This document shows positions 11,671 through 23,329 of a DNA stretch of 63,820 nucleotides, one piece after another. The notes under the pieces were generated by a model. That model was not told the origin of the DNA, made no database searches, and saw only the letters and a list, made by a program, of their open reading frames with translations. Position 1 is the first letter of the stretch; the number at the start of each line of letters is the position of its first letter. The DNA is from Felis catus (taxonomy: Eukaryota): NCBI RefSeq assembly GCF_018350175.1, contig NC_058384.1:12586181-12650000 (forward strand), read 5' to 3'. The translations under genes were made by a program, and so were the position numbers.

Positions 11671-13649
11671 GAACGTTTTAATGTGAGGTTGGCTTGTTTT
11701 CCTAACTTCTTCTTCCATCCCTTTACTAGTCAGCACATGCTCAAGAAATGCCGATGTCAGCCATGGGATGGCATAATTATGAAAAAAAAATACAATTCTA
11801 AAATTATATAATACACTTCAAAGTCAAGAGTAAATTACCTATGGATGTTCCATGGCTTTGTAGGTAGCAAGATGGCATTTAAATTGTAGGTATACATTTC
11901 TGACCATAAGCAATCATCCATTTGTTAATATAAAGTATTTATTCAGTTACTAAATATTTGGATGCTTTCCTTGAGCTGTTCCCTTTTTTCTCCCTGGGGC
12001 ATTCTATCGGATCCTTCACCATCAACACCTCCTGAATTTGGAGTCTGGTCCCAAAGTCAAGGGAACTGCACATAGACAATCAAATAAATTTGCTCTGTTT
12101 CTAAACAAGGTTCTACACCCCCTGGCACCATTTTCCCAAAAGTACTGACTCTTGAGGTCCCAGGGCTCAGATAATGCAAAGTCATCGCTCTAGCTTGTTA
12201 CTCCAATCTTCTCTCCAGACCTTCTTCCTGGATTGCAGACTTCAGGTCTTTTACTCCCATGGTAATATTGGGCTATCTTAATCCTGGACACATTCATGAA
12301 ATGCATTTCTACAACCTTCCTCCTCTTCCCTCTGCCTCGTGGCCATGCGTTGAATCCTGGACACCCAGCATGCCTCTCCTGATGTACCGACAGCTGCCTC
12401 TCAATGTTCTTCTGCATTAATACCAACCCATCCTAAGATTATTTCCCTCAGAAGCTTCCCCTTATGCAGCTGTCTTCATGAAAAAGGCAAAAAACCTATT
12501 GAATAAATTAAGAGATTGATTGCAATGACATAATACTTTGGAAATATACACTCCTTATTTGACCTCTTAGCGTGTAAGATCTTCATTTTAGGGCTCCAAA
12601 TGCATTCATCCATGCCTCAACCTAGGGAAAGATTATGATTTGTTGCACAAAGAATTCAATGAAGAAAGATAGGAAAGAGTCAGCTTCTAGGACACAAAAC
12701 AGGTTTTGAACAACGGTCTGGAGAGCCAAGCAGGCATTAATAGGAAAGTTTTCCCGAACTCCCTCACTGCTGTCTTTAACATTTGAACAACTCAGCCTGG
12801 CGGGCTTGTGCTCTGGGACTCCTCCAGGGTTGATAAGACAGCTCTTCTCCCTTGAGGTCTAGGCAGCTCCCAGGCAGCCGGGGGATAATGGATGGGTAGT
12901 TAAAAAAAAAAAAAGAAGCCAATCCTCTTTTTTTGGCTCTGGAGATTGGAGGAGGAGAGTAGGGGAGAGAGTAAAGCAGTGAAGGCATCAGACATTTCTC
13001 ACTTCGTTTGCCTGTAGGTAAGTCAAAGAGAACTCCAAGAAACAGGTTGACAAGGGCAGAGGCCAGCTTAGTGGCTGCCCTTAAACCAAGCTGGGTCACG
13101 GTCACACCAACCTGATCATGCAGAAAACTCAGGCAGAGAAAGGGTCTGCAGTTGACATTTTCATGAGCCATGGTTGCATAGACAGATTTCAGAAGGAGCT
13201 GAGAATCTCCCTATGGAACCTGGCAGAGGGGGTGTCACTGCCCTGGGGGAGGGGTTGAAGTGGTTCCACAGGGAGGATTGCAAGGCACACGTATGTCAAA
13301 CCAGGGCCTAATGAATGGGACCTCAGTGGGGTCTCTGCCACCGGCAGACATGGAGGTGAGGCAGCGTCAGCCAAAGGTTACTGCTGAGCGGAGACCAACG
13401 AGATGGCAAATGACCCTGACCACAGACCTTAGCTGTGGAATGCCAGCAAGGTACACAGCACCTTGTTGACAAGGATGGTATCCCAGAGCTGGAAGGAGGG
13501 GGCAATGCTTCCAAAGACCCTGCTTTTCCCAATGGCCCTCGAGGTCCCACAGTCACCTCCCTCCTCTTCAACCTCCTCCTTCATTTGTGCATCACTACCT
13601 TTAAGCAGGGGGAAGGAAGGCTTTCAAAGAGGTTTGAGATTAAAAAAAG

Positions 13650-13872
13650 TGTTTTTAAATTAATGTATTTTTATTTTTTGAGAGAGAGAGAGAGAGAGAC
13701 AGAGAGAGAGAGGGAGCGAGCTGAGGAGAAGGGCAGAGGGAGAGAGAAAGAATCCCAAGCAGGCTCCACACTCAGAATGGAGCCCAGCAGGGGACTCGAT
13801 CCCATGACCCTGGGATCATGACCTGAGTCAAAATCAAGAGTTGGACGCTCAACTGGCTGAGCCACCCAAGTG
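13650..13872 (-). mobile_element. CAN-SINE
   Basis: Reverse-strand body with long (GA)n. Confidence 0.92.
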
Positions 13873-14160
13873 GTCTGAGATTGGGAGTTTTTAACAACAA
13901 CAAAAAAAGACGTTACATACTTCTTAAATAGACGATTTAAATGATAGGATCAAACTGAATTTTAAGTGTGACTGGATTATTAGCATCATTAGTTTTTCTC
14001 ACCTCCCCTTTGAGGCAGACTAGATGGTTTACCAATGAAGTGCTAAACCTTCTACGACTCTGCTTTTTCTTATTTGCAGTGTGCGAGATAAATATTGTGA
14101 TTCCCATCACACAATGGCTGGCAATAACTGAATAATTTGCCTTTTCTGGGATATGAATAT

Positions 14161-14357
14161 ATTTTTAAAATTTATTTATTTATTTTGAGAGAGAGAGAAG
14201 AAAATGCAAGTGGGGGGAGGGGTAGAGAAAGAGGGAGAAAGAGAATCCCAAGCGTTGATAGTGAGAAACCTGGCATGGGGCTTGACCTCATGAACCATGA
14301 AATCATGACCTGAGCTGAAATCAAGAGTCGGACCCTTAACTGAGCTACCCGTGTCCC
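14161..14357 (-). mobile_element. CAN-SINE (older, diverged)
   Basis: 14-bp TSD tgggatatgaatat at 14147-14160 and 14358-14371. Confidence 0.9.
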
Positions 14358-14374
14358 TGGGATATGAATATTTT

Positions 14375-14603
14375 TAGTGTTTATTTATTTTTAAGAAAGA
14401 GAGAGAGAGAGAGAGACAGAGCATGAATGGGGAAGGGGCAGAGAGAGAGGGAGACACAGAATCCAGAGCAGGCTCCAGGCTCCGAGCTGTCAGCACAGAG
14501 CCCAACACGGGCCCGAACTCACCAACCGCGAGATCATGACCTGAGCCAAAGTCAGACGCTTAACTGACTGAGTCACCCACGTGGCTGAATATTCAGGTGC
14601 CCC
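14375..14603 (-). mobile_element. felid CAN-SINE with locally duplicated head
   Basis: TSD tgaatatttt at 14365-14374 and 14604-14613. Confidence 0.92.
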
Positions 14604-14660
14604 TGAATATTTTAATAGGTGAGTCTAAGAGGTCTAGCTTAGTAAATTGGAAGACTCATT

Positions 14661-14781
14661 TTGGTTTTTCTTTTGCGTAGTCTTCGTGCCCAACATGGAG
14701 CCTGAACTCGTGACTCAGAGATCAAGACCTGAGCTGAGATCAGGAGTTAGCTACTTAACCATCTGAGACACCCAGGCACCT
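14661..14781 (-). mobile_element. short old CAN-SINE (no CT tract)
   Basis: tRNA-like head ...gagacacccaggcacc and T-rich tail. Confidence 0.75.
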
Positions 14782-14810
14782 CTTCAAAGACTTACGTTTA
14801 AAGTTTAGAA

Positions 14811-15036
14811 CAAGAGTTGGCAAACTACAGGCTGAAGACCAAATCCGGCCCACTGTTTGTTTTTGTAAATAAAGTTTTATCAGAACGCAGCCATGTTCAT
14901 TTGTGTATACATTGTGTCTGCGGTTGCTTTCATATTATGACCGGAGAGTTGAGGGGTTGCCACAGAGCCCACGTGGCCCGCAAAGCCAAACGTGTTTATT
15001 ATTTGGCGTTTTACAGAAAAGGGTTGCTGACCCCTG
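14811..15036 (+). mobile_element. MER58A-type hAT-Charlie MITE
   Basis: TIR-like ends caagagttggcaaact / gggttgctgacccctg; MER58-type internal motifs; 8-bp flanks gtttagaa / gcatagaa (6/8 match). Confidence 0.85.
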
Positions 15037-15949
15037 GCATAGAATGATATGGTTTTGTTGAGCATCTTGTCCAGTCCCCTTTTCACACAGACGAACCCAC
15101 TGAGATCCTGAGAGGTTAACTGATGTGTCCCACATGAGGCAACAAGTAAGAGGAGGGGTCAAAGTAACAAACCGGGGCATTTTAAACACGGTGAAAGGAG
15201 AGTGGGGACACCTCTACAGGGCCGGGCTCCTTTGAATATTTTTGTCTTAAATAACACCCTGAGATGACATGATCATTATGAACGAAACTTACTTAATAAA
15301 CCCTAGAGGAAAATAAAAATGCTCAGCGAAAAGTCCTTTAAGCCTGTGAAATTACCTGGGCTTTGTGACAACAGACAGACTCCGTTCAGGCAGTGTGCCC
15401 TTTGGCACACCGAAAGGCCCCGCATTCGGAGACGGTCACACATTCTCATTATATTTTAGGCGACTGGGTCTCAAAGGAGCGTCCTGTGTCTCATGTTGCA
15501 CGGCTGAGGGATTTGGAAAATGACCCTAAAAATTGAGGGCTGGAATCCCACGTGAAACTGCAGCTGGGAAGGTGTCTGCAGCCCCGATCTGCTCTAAGAG
15601 GCTGACAGGGAGGCAAGGGCCGTGTCGCTCCGTGTCTCTCTTCCCGGGCTCTTGAAGACGCCAGGCGACCGAGAAGCAGAACGTAGGATGGCTGTTCACT
15701 CGCTGTCTCTGCTCTCCTTCCTCAGAAGCCTCTCCACCTGTTCTCTCCTTTCATTTCCTAACCTCGCAGTCACTTTCCACCTCCTGCTGTTAGGAGCTGG
15801 CCCTGTCACTCCATGGACGTAGGAAGGGTTTCTCAGCCCTCACCTCATTTGACCCCCTCTGAGACATCTGACATTTTTGCCCACGCCCTTTTCAGTAATG
15901 CTCCCTCCTCCCTTGGCTTATGCCCTGCGCATGTGATTTCCCCTGACTC

Positions 15950-16580
15950 GTTGCCTCTCCCCACGCCCGTTCTTCGTCTGTCCACCGCCCTCAAATGTGG
16001 ACCGTAGGGTCCCAGTCTCTGTCCTCTGCCTCTTTGTATATATTCACCTGCAAGATGTCATTTACTCTCCTGGTTTCAATTGCCAGAGAACTGGGGGGCG
16101 GTGGGGGCGGGGAGGGTGTCATGTCTCAAATCTGTTTCCTGCCCGTATCTCTCTTCTAAACTGTCCCCTTCGTGTCCGTTTGTCCACAGAACACAGCCGC
16201 CGAATGTCGCTCACGTTGACTTTCTCGATCCCAGAAAGTCCAAAGCTGACACCATGATCGTTCCCCTAAACCTAATACTTTCTCTGATATTCTAAACTTA
16301 TCACCCATCTGCTCCAAACCCTGCAGTGGCTTCCTGGAGCTACACAGAATAAGGTTACTTAATTCCATGAAGCCCTGCGTGACCTGGCTTCTGGCAGCCT
16401 CCTCTTGTACTTGACCTCTACTCTCCCCGTTCTTGCTGGTCCTTTGCTCGTCCCTTCTGGGTGATTTCTCTCTTTCTTTGCTCTAGTTGAAATCCCTTTT
16501 CCTTTGTCAAGTCGATGAGCATCTACTGAACTTCCAAGATTCAGTTCAAGTACTGCCTTCTCTATAACCCTCCCACAAGG
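15950..16580 (+). mobile_element. L2 LINE fragment
   Basis: L2-like pyrimidine-rich motifs (ctcaaatgtgg..., ccctgcagtggcttcct, ttccaagattcagttcaag); boundaries approximate. Confidence 0.65.
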
Positions 16581-16914
16581 CAGTGGACACTAGGAAAGGA
16601 AGGCCCTGGAATGTGTCATGCAGACATAGCAACTCTGTGATGGCAACCTGCTCCTTGCTGGGCAAGACTTTAGCTGGCTGTAGTCCGTTGTGGAATTTTC
16701 CAGTTCCCCCACCCATCTGGGATTATCTTAGCAGCCTCCCTGAAATAGCTGTGGGGCCAAGTGGTAATTCTTGGAGTAATTTAGTCAGATGACTGTCAGT
16801 GAAAATACCTCTCGAGAAAACAATGCAATAACTAGAATGAGGATAATCTTAATAGGGGTAGAATATAGCCCTTCGCTCAGCATTTAGACTGTTACAGAGA
16901 TGCGGCACCATGGG

Positions 16915-17195
16915 ATTCAGGAGCAGGGACCCTGGAGTCGAGGGGCCAAAGTTTGAATTCCGGCTCAGCTATTTACTAGTTTTGTGACTCTGGGCAAGTT
17001 TCTTAGATTCTAAGTGCCTCGGTTTCCTTACCTGTAAAATGGAGGTGGCGATGACAGGATCTTCTAGACAGGATTGTGGCGAGAGGCGAATTTATACCGA
17101 TACGTATGCATGCGTACCTATGCATGCGTACGTGTGCATATTTATTCACACACACACACGTTACTTAGAATAGTGCTTTGAAGTTAATAAGTGTG
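16915..17195 (+). mobile_element. MIR SINE containing an alternating purine-pyrimidine tract
   Basis: MIR core tttgaattccggctc...tgtgactctgggcaagtt...cctcggtttccttacctgtaaaatgg. Confidence 0.8.
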
Positions 17196-17579
17196 CCTAT
17201 TCCTCTTTTTAGCTTACTAGATGACTAAGGGAGAAACCAAGGTTCAGGATTCCTGAGGAAGATCCAGCTGGGCAGCTCCCTCTTTCACACCAGTAAATTC
17301 AACCAACGAGCTCCCAGATCTTCAATTAAACCACACGCTGAACGACACTCGTATATGTCTTGTGTTTGCGTAGGCCGTTATACTAGGCAAATAACTTTCA
17401 CTTACTGTTATATTAGGTCGCAGTAAAAACCAGAAAAGAATGAACAGGCTTTTGAACATGCAACCCTTTATTTTATGTGCAAATACTTTGATGAATGCCT
17501 CCTTCCAGAGTCTGAGCGAGCAATTACAGAAACTTCAAACACCAGGGAACCCCATTAACACGAACCACTGTGTGCCCTG

Positions 17580-17730
17580 GTACATGCGATTTCCATGGCA
17601 TTTGACTCCCACAACATCCAGAGCATAAGGAGTAGGAGGTATAGGTACTATCGTCCCCATTTTATGTATCAGAAAACAATCAAACAGAGATAAGAGTCCT
17701 CTGTTTTCTGATTCCTGTCCTATGCTCATT
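17580..17730 (-). mobile_element. MIR fragment
   Basis: aggtactatcgtccccattttatgtatcagaaaac resembles reverse MIR core. Confidence 0.6.
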
Positions 17731-17760
17731 CTCGGTGTCTGTTTTTAAAAACATTTTTCA

Positions 17761-17817
17761 ATCGCTTCTGGGCCTTTTGGCTAAGATCAAGTGTAGTATC
17801 TGTTCTTATCAGTTTAA
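17761..17817 (+). pseudogene. RNU2: U2 snRNA retropseudogene, 3'-truncated and tailless
   Basis: ATCGCTTCTgGGCCTTTTGGCTAAGATCAAGTGTAGTATCTGTTCTTATCAGTTTAA matches U2 nt 1-57 with one substitution (C10>G); TSD aaaaacatttttca at 17747-17760 and 17816-17829. Confidence 0.95.
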
Positions 17818-18409
17818 AAACATTTTTCATGCCTGGTATTTAAAACAAAACAACAACAAAAAAAGGCCAGGCTGTGCTGAACCAATTTGCACCCTAGGGA
17901 CTCTGTCCTGAGGTTCCGTAAAGCCCTTTTGATAGGTCTGTCCAAATTCGAGGAATTCCTTCTGATGATTCTTATACCTCCGCTGTTACTGATACTGATC
18001 AAGGAGCCTAGTGGTACAAAAGGAGAGGCAGGGGATAACAGGAAGTAGAAAATCGTTAAGCAAAGACAACAGGCTTATTACATATTTGCCTGTTGTTCCC
18101 TAGCCACTGCTTTGTCGCCTGGTGCTGTCGCGTCTGTCTCCTGCTCCCTGTTTCTAGCACCACCAACGACTCCATTCCATGCTACCGTGATTTCTGGCCT
18201 AGAACACCCTCCTCAAAGATATGATCTCCCTACAGCCGTTCTGACAGCCTTCCGATCTGTTCTCCACTTTGTTGCCAGAGTCATCTCTTGGAAATACATA
18301 TCTGATCACCACACTCCTTTTTGCTTAAATCCCCTCGATGGATTTGCATCGGCCCTGAGACAAAACTAAAATTCCGCATCATCTGGCTCTACCTGCTTCT
18401 GGCAGACAC

Positions 18410-18808
18410 TGCAGGCCGTTGATAATACCCATTCCCCTTCCTCCTGTGATGTAGATGATTTATATATCCCAGCATCCCTTACTCCCTTACTGTTAGGTGT
18501 GAGCACGTGACCGAGTTTCGCTAATGGAATGTGAGCAAAGGTGGTAATTGTGCTTTTCGGGCCCAGGCTCCAAGAACCTCTGGGAGGCATCTTCATGACC
18601 CTAAGCAGGTGGCTGGGATAGCGATACTCATGTTGACTTTGAAAGCTGACAGAGTCTCTGCCAGTGGATTCCCCAAGATCCCTCATCACAACCTTTAACC
18701 TGGAATTGCCTTGGAATGTTATAGGAGAGAGAAATAAACACTGTCTTGAGTCATGGTGGGGTTAGGTCTAGTTGTTGCCGTGGACTGGTCTCCTGTAACC
18801 AGTACGTT
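18410..18808 (+). mobile_element. old MaLR LTR (MLT1J/K-like)
   Basis: cccagcatcccttac...gtgaccgagtttcgctaatggaatgtgagcaaag...aaataaacactgtcttgagtcat. Confidence 0.65.
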
Positions 18809-18849
18809 ACATTTCCTGCCCCATCTACCCCCAATATCGCCCACGCCCC

Positions 18850-19262
18850 ACGTTTCCACACCAGCTGAAGGGATATTCTGTCATTTCCTCATATTTGCCA
18901 TGCTCCCTTCTTCTGTGGCACTTTGAATATGCTATTAATCGTTCCATTGACCCTTTTTGATCAAATCTTGTTCATTCTTCAGATCTTAGCTCAGGTAATC
19001 AGGGCATCTTCCTACTTCATGCAAAACTTTTCTGGACTCCAGCGCCCCTCTTCTAGGCTCATCTCTCCATGTACTCCTCTTTCATAGATCTTGTGATGAC
19101 TGCAACTCTGCATTTGTTTTTGTGCTTACTTAATTACTTAACATCTCTTCACTAAAGTGTATATTTCGTGAAGCCCGGGACAGTGTCTGTTTTTTTTTTT
19201 CCTTCAGCATCTGCACGGTAACTTGACGTAAAGACCATAATTTTTATTGAATGAGTGAATCA
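18850..19262 (+). mobile_element. L2 LINE 3' end
   Basis: ttcttcagatcttagctcagg...cccgggacagtgtctg...tttattgaatgagtgaat terminus. Confidence 0.65.
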
Positions 19263-19477
19263 GATTATGAATCCATACCATTAAAGAAAAAAAAAAGCCA
19301 TGTTAGGTGTAGTATGTAGTTGCAAATTATGATGCAAAACCTATTTTTTCTCAATATAAAATGTCATTTTGCCGCTTTGTTTTTAAGTGCTGTCAGTAAC
19401 CGCGGATGTGCTTTGAGATCATCGTCTCGAGGACACGGGGCTTGACGCACCAGCTTTATACTCTGTACCTGCCTCAG

Positions 19478-19515
19478 CTTCTTCGTCTTGAACATTTCAC
19501 TTTTCCTCGTAGTCG
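19478..19515 (+). other. candidate micro-exon (38 nt)
   Basis: Acceptor ctctgtacctgcctcag and donor TCG|GTAAGC. Confidence 0.2.
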
Positions 19516-19691
19516 GTAAGCACACGCAATTCCTGGATTGTTTTTTTAATCTAAGAACCCTCTGGTTGGGGGAAAATGCTAGAGAATAAAATATACACGG
19601 CATAAGTGACATTCTAGATAGAACCTTTTATGTGACGGGAAGCAAAAAGGTACGAGCTTGATAAAATCGATCTGGGCGCTCGATTTCCAGT

Positions 19692-19795
19692 TAGGGTGGC
19701 CACACCTACGCGCATGTCTCCGGCGGTATTTGGGACACACTCATTCTAAAAAATTACTTCCTGTTTATCTGAAATCAAATTTAGCTGAGTATCCT
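19692..19795. mobile_element. partial palindromic hAT-type MITE (TAGGGT-GCCA terminus)
   Basis: tagggtggcca...atttgggacacactcattctaaaaaattacttcctgtttatctgaaatcaaatttagctg resembles one arm of a common mammalian MER MITE; family name uncertain. Confidence 0.55.
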
Positions 19796-19852
19796 ATAGT
19801 TGTATTTACTATTTATAGTTGTATGTACTCTATCCTATAGTTGTATAGCTCT
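19791..19852. repeat. short tandem repeat, three 20-21 bp units
   Basis: atcctatagttgtatttact / atttatagttgtatgtactct / atcctatagttgtatagctct. Confidence 0.85.
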
Positions 19853-20059
19853 ATTTTCAGTTCTGTCGCTTAACAGAAACTTCACCTAAAATAAGAACTT
19901 TACCTGGAGACGACTATGTGAAGCACCATATTTGAAATGCTTAGCATGGCGTCGGGCACTATGTGTTGACAGTGGTCAAGAACTATTTGTTCTTGTCATT
20001 AATGTATGTAATAATAAAAGCTTCTGTTTATTGCTATAAGATTCTGTTACATCTAATCA

Positions 20060-20297
20060 CATGAGCTACCATTTACTGTGTGCCCCACTCTAGACAAGGT
20101 GTCGTTCTAAGCCCATCACATGAAGCGTTCTATTCATTTCTTCCAACGATCCCGTAAAACAGGCATCACGTGATCTCTACCATACAGCTGAGACACAAAG
20201 AATATGAATCACTGCTCCCGGGTGATACCGGGTAATAGCGGTAGAGGCAGCCTCAGACGCAGCTGACTCCAGGACCTGCTTTCTTAACCTCCACGCC
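20060..20297 (-). mobile_element. MIR SINE
   Basis: agctaccatttactgtgtgcc...acagctgagacacaaag...ctgactccaggacctgctttcttaacc. Confidence 0.7.
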
Positions 20298-21122
20298 ACA
20301 ATTTCTGCAAGCCACAAATGAGGCTGGGTCCATTTATGAATGAGCGTTCTTTCATATTTAATAGGACTGCCTTCTCTCAGCCCCTATGGAACCCTGGGGA
20401 ATTGACTCAGCTGCCCACCTGGTAAATCAAGCAGCCATTTTGCATCCAGACCTGATTTTATAGAAATCTAAATACAGTTTACTAGGTTTACATGTTAGCA
20501 CTAAAAGGAAAAAGTTCTCTGCTTACCTTTTAGTTGGGGCAACCCTTTGGTTTTATAGGCTTGTTTGAGTAAGTAATTATTCTGGTAATGCCAAGGCCTC
20601 CTTTATTGAGCCATAAATGCATCCTGGACAACTCAGAATAACTAGCAATCCCTTTCCTTCGAGCCTAGCAGGCAAACATGGGTTAGCTAGATGTGAGTTG
20701 GCTTGCCTGCCCTTGCAGGTTTCTCTTTTTCTCTGGAAACCTCCTACGAAACCATGTGAAAGGGGGAAAGAGGATCAGATAATTGGGATCTTTAAGATGG
20801 TTATTATGAAAAATGTTCTGGAACCAATTCAAATACCAATCAGAAACCACATTGTTCAACTAAATCACTTTCAGATGCCACATAAGATACAAAATACAAT
20901 GATTTCCAGTTTAAAAATATAATGTTCCTTTAAAAAAACACAGTATTTTATTTTATTATTTAGAAAAAAACCCTGCCTTGGCTGGAATTCAGGCCCGTCA
21001 CAGATGATGTACAGACAGGCTTTGTGCAGTTCCCTTCGGATCCGGGGCCTATGGACCTCACTGTAATGTATTTAAAAGTTCCTTAAAATGGATGTGACGG
21101 CTGTTTTCTTTGTGTATTACAG

Positions 21123-21165
21123 AAATATACAGAGTTCAGAGGCTCCGTGGCTACACTTCAGGCAT
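21123..21165 (+). other. candidate micro-exon (43 nt)
   Basis: Acceptor ttttctttgtgtattacag and donor CAT|GTATGT. Confidence 0.2.
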
Positions 21166-21314
21166 GTATGTCATTGAAGGAATGAAAAAAATATGATGGC
21201 CAAATGCTGTATTAAAATCCCATTAGAAACGCTGGGAAGAATTATGGCTCCAGTCTCTTTTATCTGACAGGCGTCAGTTTGGTGACACAATGTTCCTTCT
21301 TGCCATTTTCTCCC

Positions 21315-21453
21315 NNNNNNNNNNNNNNNNNNNNNNNNNNNNNNNNNNNNNNNNNNNNNNNNNNNNNNNNNNNNNNNNNNNNNNNNNNNNNNNNNNNNNN
21401 NNNNNNNNNNNNNNNNNNNNNNNNNNNNNNNNNNNNNNNNNNNNNNNNNNNNN
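21315..21453. other. assembly gap (139 N) within a CT-rich tract
   Basis: Run of N flanked by ...ttctccc and cctccccttctctcc. Confidence 1.
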
Positions 21454-23158
21454 CCTCCCCTTCTCTCCCTTTTCTTTCCTTGCCTTCCCTGTCCTCCCTT
21501 CCCTCCTGTATCCTCCCCTTCCCCACTTCCCTCCCCTCCCTTCCTTGTTTACTTCTCCCCTTTTCCTACTTGGTCACAGGATATCTGTGTGTCATCTTTA
21601 CCACTGGGAAAGCAACTATCATCAGGTTTCTGTCACTGTTTGATCTTCTGTACTGTATCCTGCATCAGGCAGCCTTGGGGGAGACCACTCACCCTTTTCC
21701 CGGATAAACTTGTCTATCTGAGGATTCATTAAATCCAGGATTGTTTATCTGAGCCGTCATCACTGTGTCGGGGAGCACGGGGGTTAACGCACCGTGTGAC
21801 CTCAGGAATGATTTCTGTTATAGCAGCTCCCATATGATCTATCAGGCTCTAAGCATGAATTTTAATGGGCTTAGAACCACTTCTCCAGCCTGCAGGCCAG
21901 AGGTCGCTGGCTTTCACAGCGAATCTTCCACAAACTGACATGGAATCTGAAGAATTTGTTTGCTCCATCCAGAGAGGTGTGAATTTTTGCCCCTGTTCAG
22001 ATCCGCAGGCCTTGCTGTGGAACTGGAGGGAAATACCAACCCGTTATGTCGCCGAGGATGGGGTTATTTACCGATTCACAGGGAAAATTCAGCCCCGAAA
22101 GAGCTGCTACGAGGCTCGACAGCAGGAGCAGCAGGCGCGGGGGGGTCTGGTTCTGGCCCAGCTTCGCCCCCTATAAACCTCGCGGCCACGGGCCACTTGC
22201 TTTCCCTCTCTCGGTTCAGGTCACTTATCTGTGAAAGGAGAGTTGGCTCTGAAATCCCCTGATTTTGTGAAAGCAGCCCAGTCGGCGACAGAGGGAAAGA
22301 CAATTCCTGCTCGGCGATATCGTAACCACAGATACACAACAGCCTTTTCTCCCCCAAAGGCTTTGAGGGAAAGTTAAATAATTCCATACTTCAGGGAACT
22401 CAGAGTCACTGATAACATATTAGTTCACTATCTAATGTCTTGTTCATCTCTGCATAGGAGCCTAAAAGCCTCTTGAGGACGAAGACGGTGCTGTTCATCT
22501 CTCTATCTCCCCTTCTGTGTCTGTTTGTTGAGTGTGGGAATGGAGGTTCAAAAGTTAGGGAATACTCGTGAGGATGGATAGAGAGGTAGCAAACTGAGAG
22601 CACGCTGACAGGCAAATCAAAGAGCAAGGCACCGCCAGTGTTCAATGTCACAAGTAGGCAAAGAGGCTGAACCAAGAGCCCTTCTCTGGGAGCCATCGAT
22701 GGTCAGTCACTTTTACGTAACAAAGTCACAGTTCTTTACTTGCCTATGATGTCTAGAGAAGAGGACACTGCACTATCACAGAAGACTGAATCCACTGAAT
22801 TTTGAAGAAGTCTGTCTTTTACTAAATGCTACATAATAGTAGACAGGTGTCAGATCTATACTTTGCCCTTTTAGTTCCCATGCCCTCGGGTCCATATTGT
22901 ACATGTTGACTCCTACTAATACGGGACAGAGTAGTCTAGGAGCCGGCAGAGCGTAGTTTGGGGACTGATGTATGTGCCTCCACAGGCGTACTTCTCATTA
23001 CATCCTTAAATCAAATGAAAGGAAGAAATTGAACTGCTTAGTAGTAAAGAATTACTTGCAAAACCAGCGGAAGATTAGAATCAGCAGTAGGTGACAAATG
23101 GAAACAGTAGACATTTGATGGTCATTATGGTCCAATGACTGTCTCAGCAGAGCATTCT

Positions 23159-23329
23159 TTTCTAAAGAATTTTTTAATGCTTAATTTTTGAGAGAGCAGG
23201 GGAGGGGCAGAGAGAGAGGAAGCTGAGCTGTCAACACAGAGCCTGACGCGGCGCTGGAACTCACGAACTGTGAGATCACGACCTGAGCCGAAGTTGGACG
23301 CTCAACCAACTGAGCCACCCAGGCGCCCC
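23159..23329 (-). mobile_element. felid CAN-SINE with internal deletion
   Basis: TSD tcagcagagcattct (23144-23158) / tcagtagagcattct (23330-23344); lacks the gacacagaat...ccaggct segment seen in neighbouring copies. Confidence 0.92.

Noticed and set aside
12776-13620. Overlapping ORFs of 61-131 aa on both strands
   Set aside because: No recognisable domain, stops in every frame when extended, and no consistent exon boundaries
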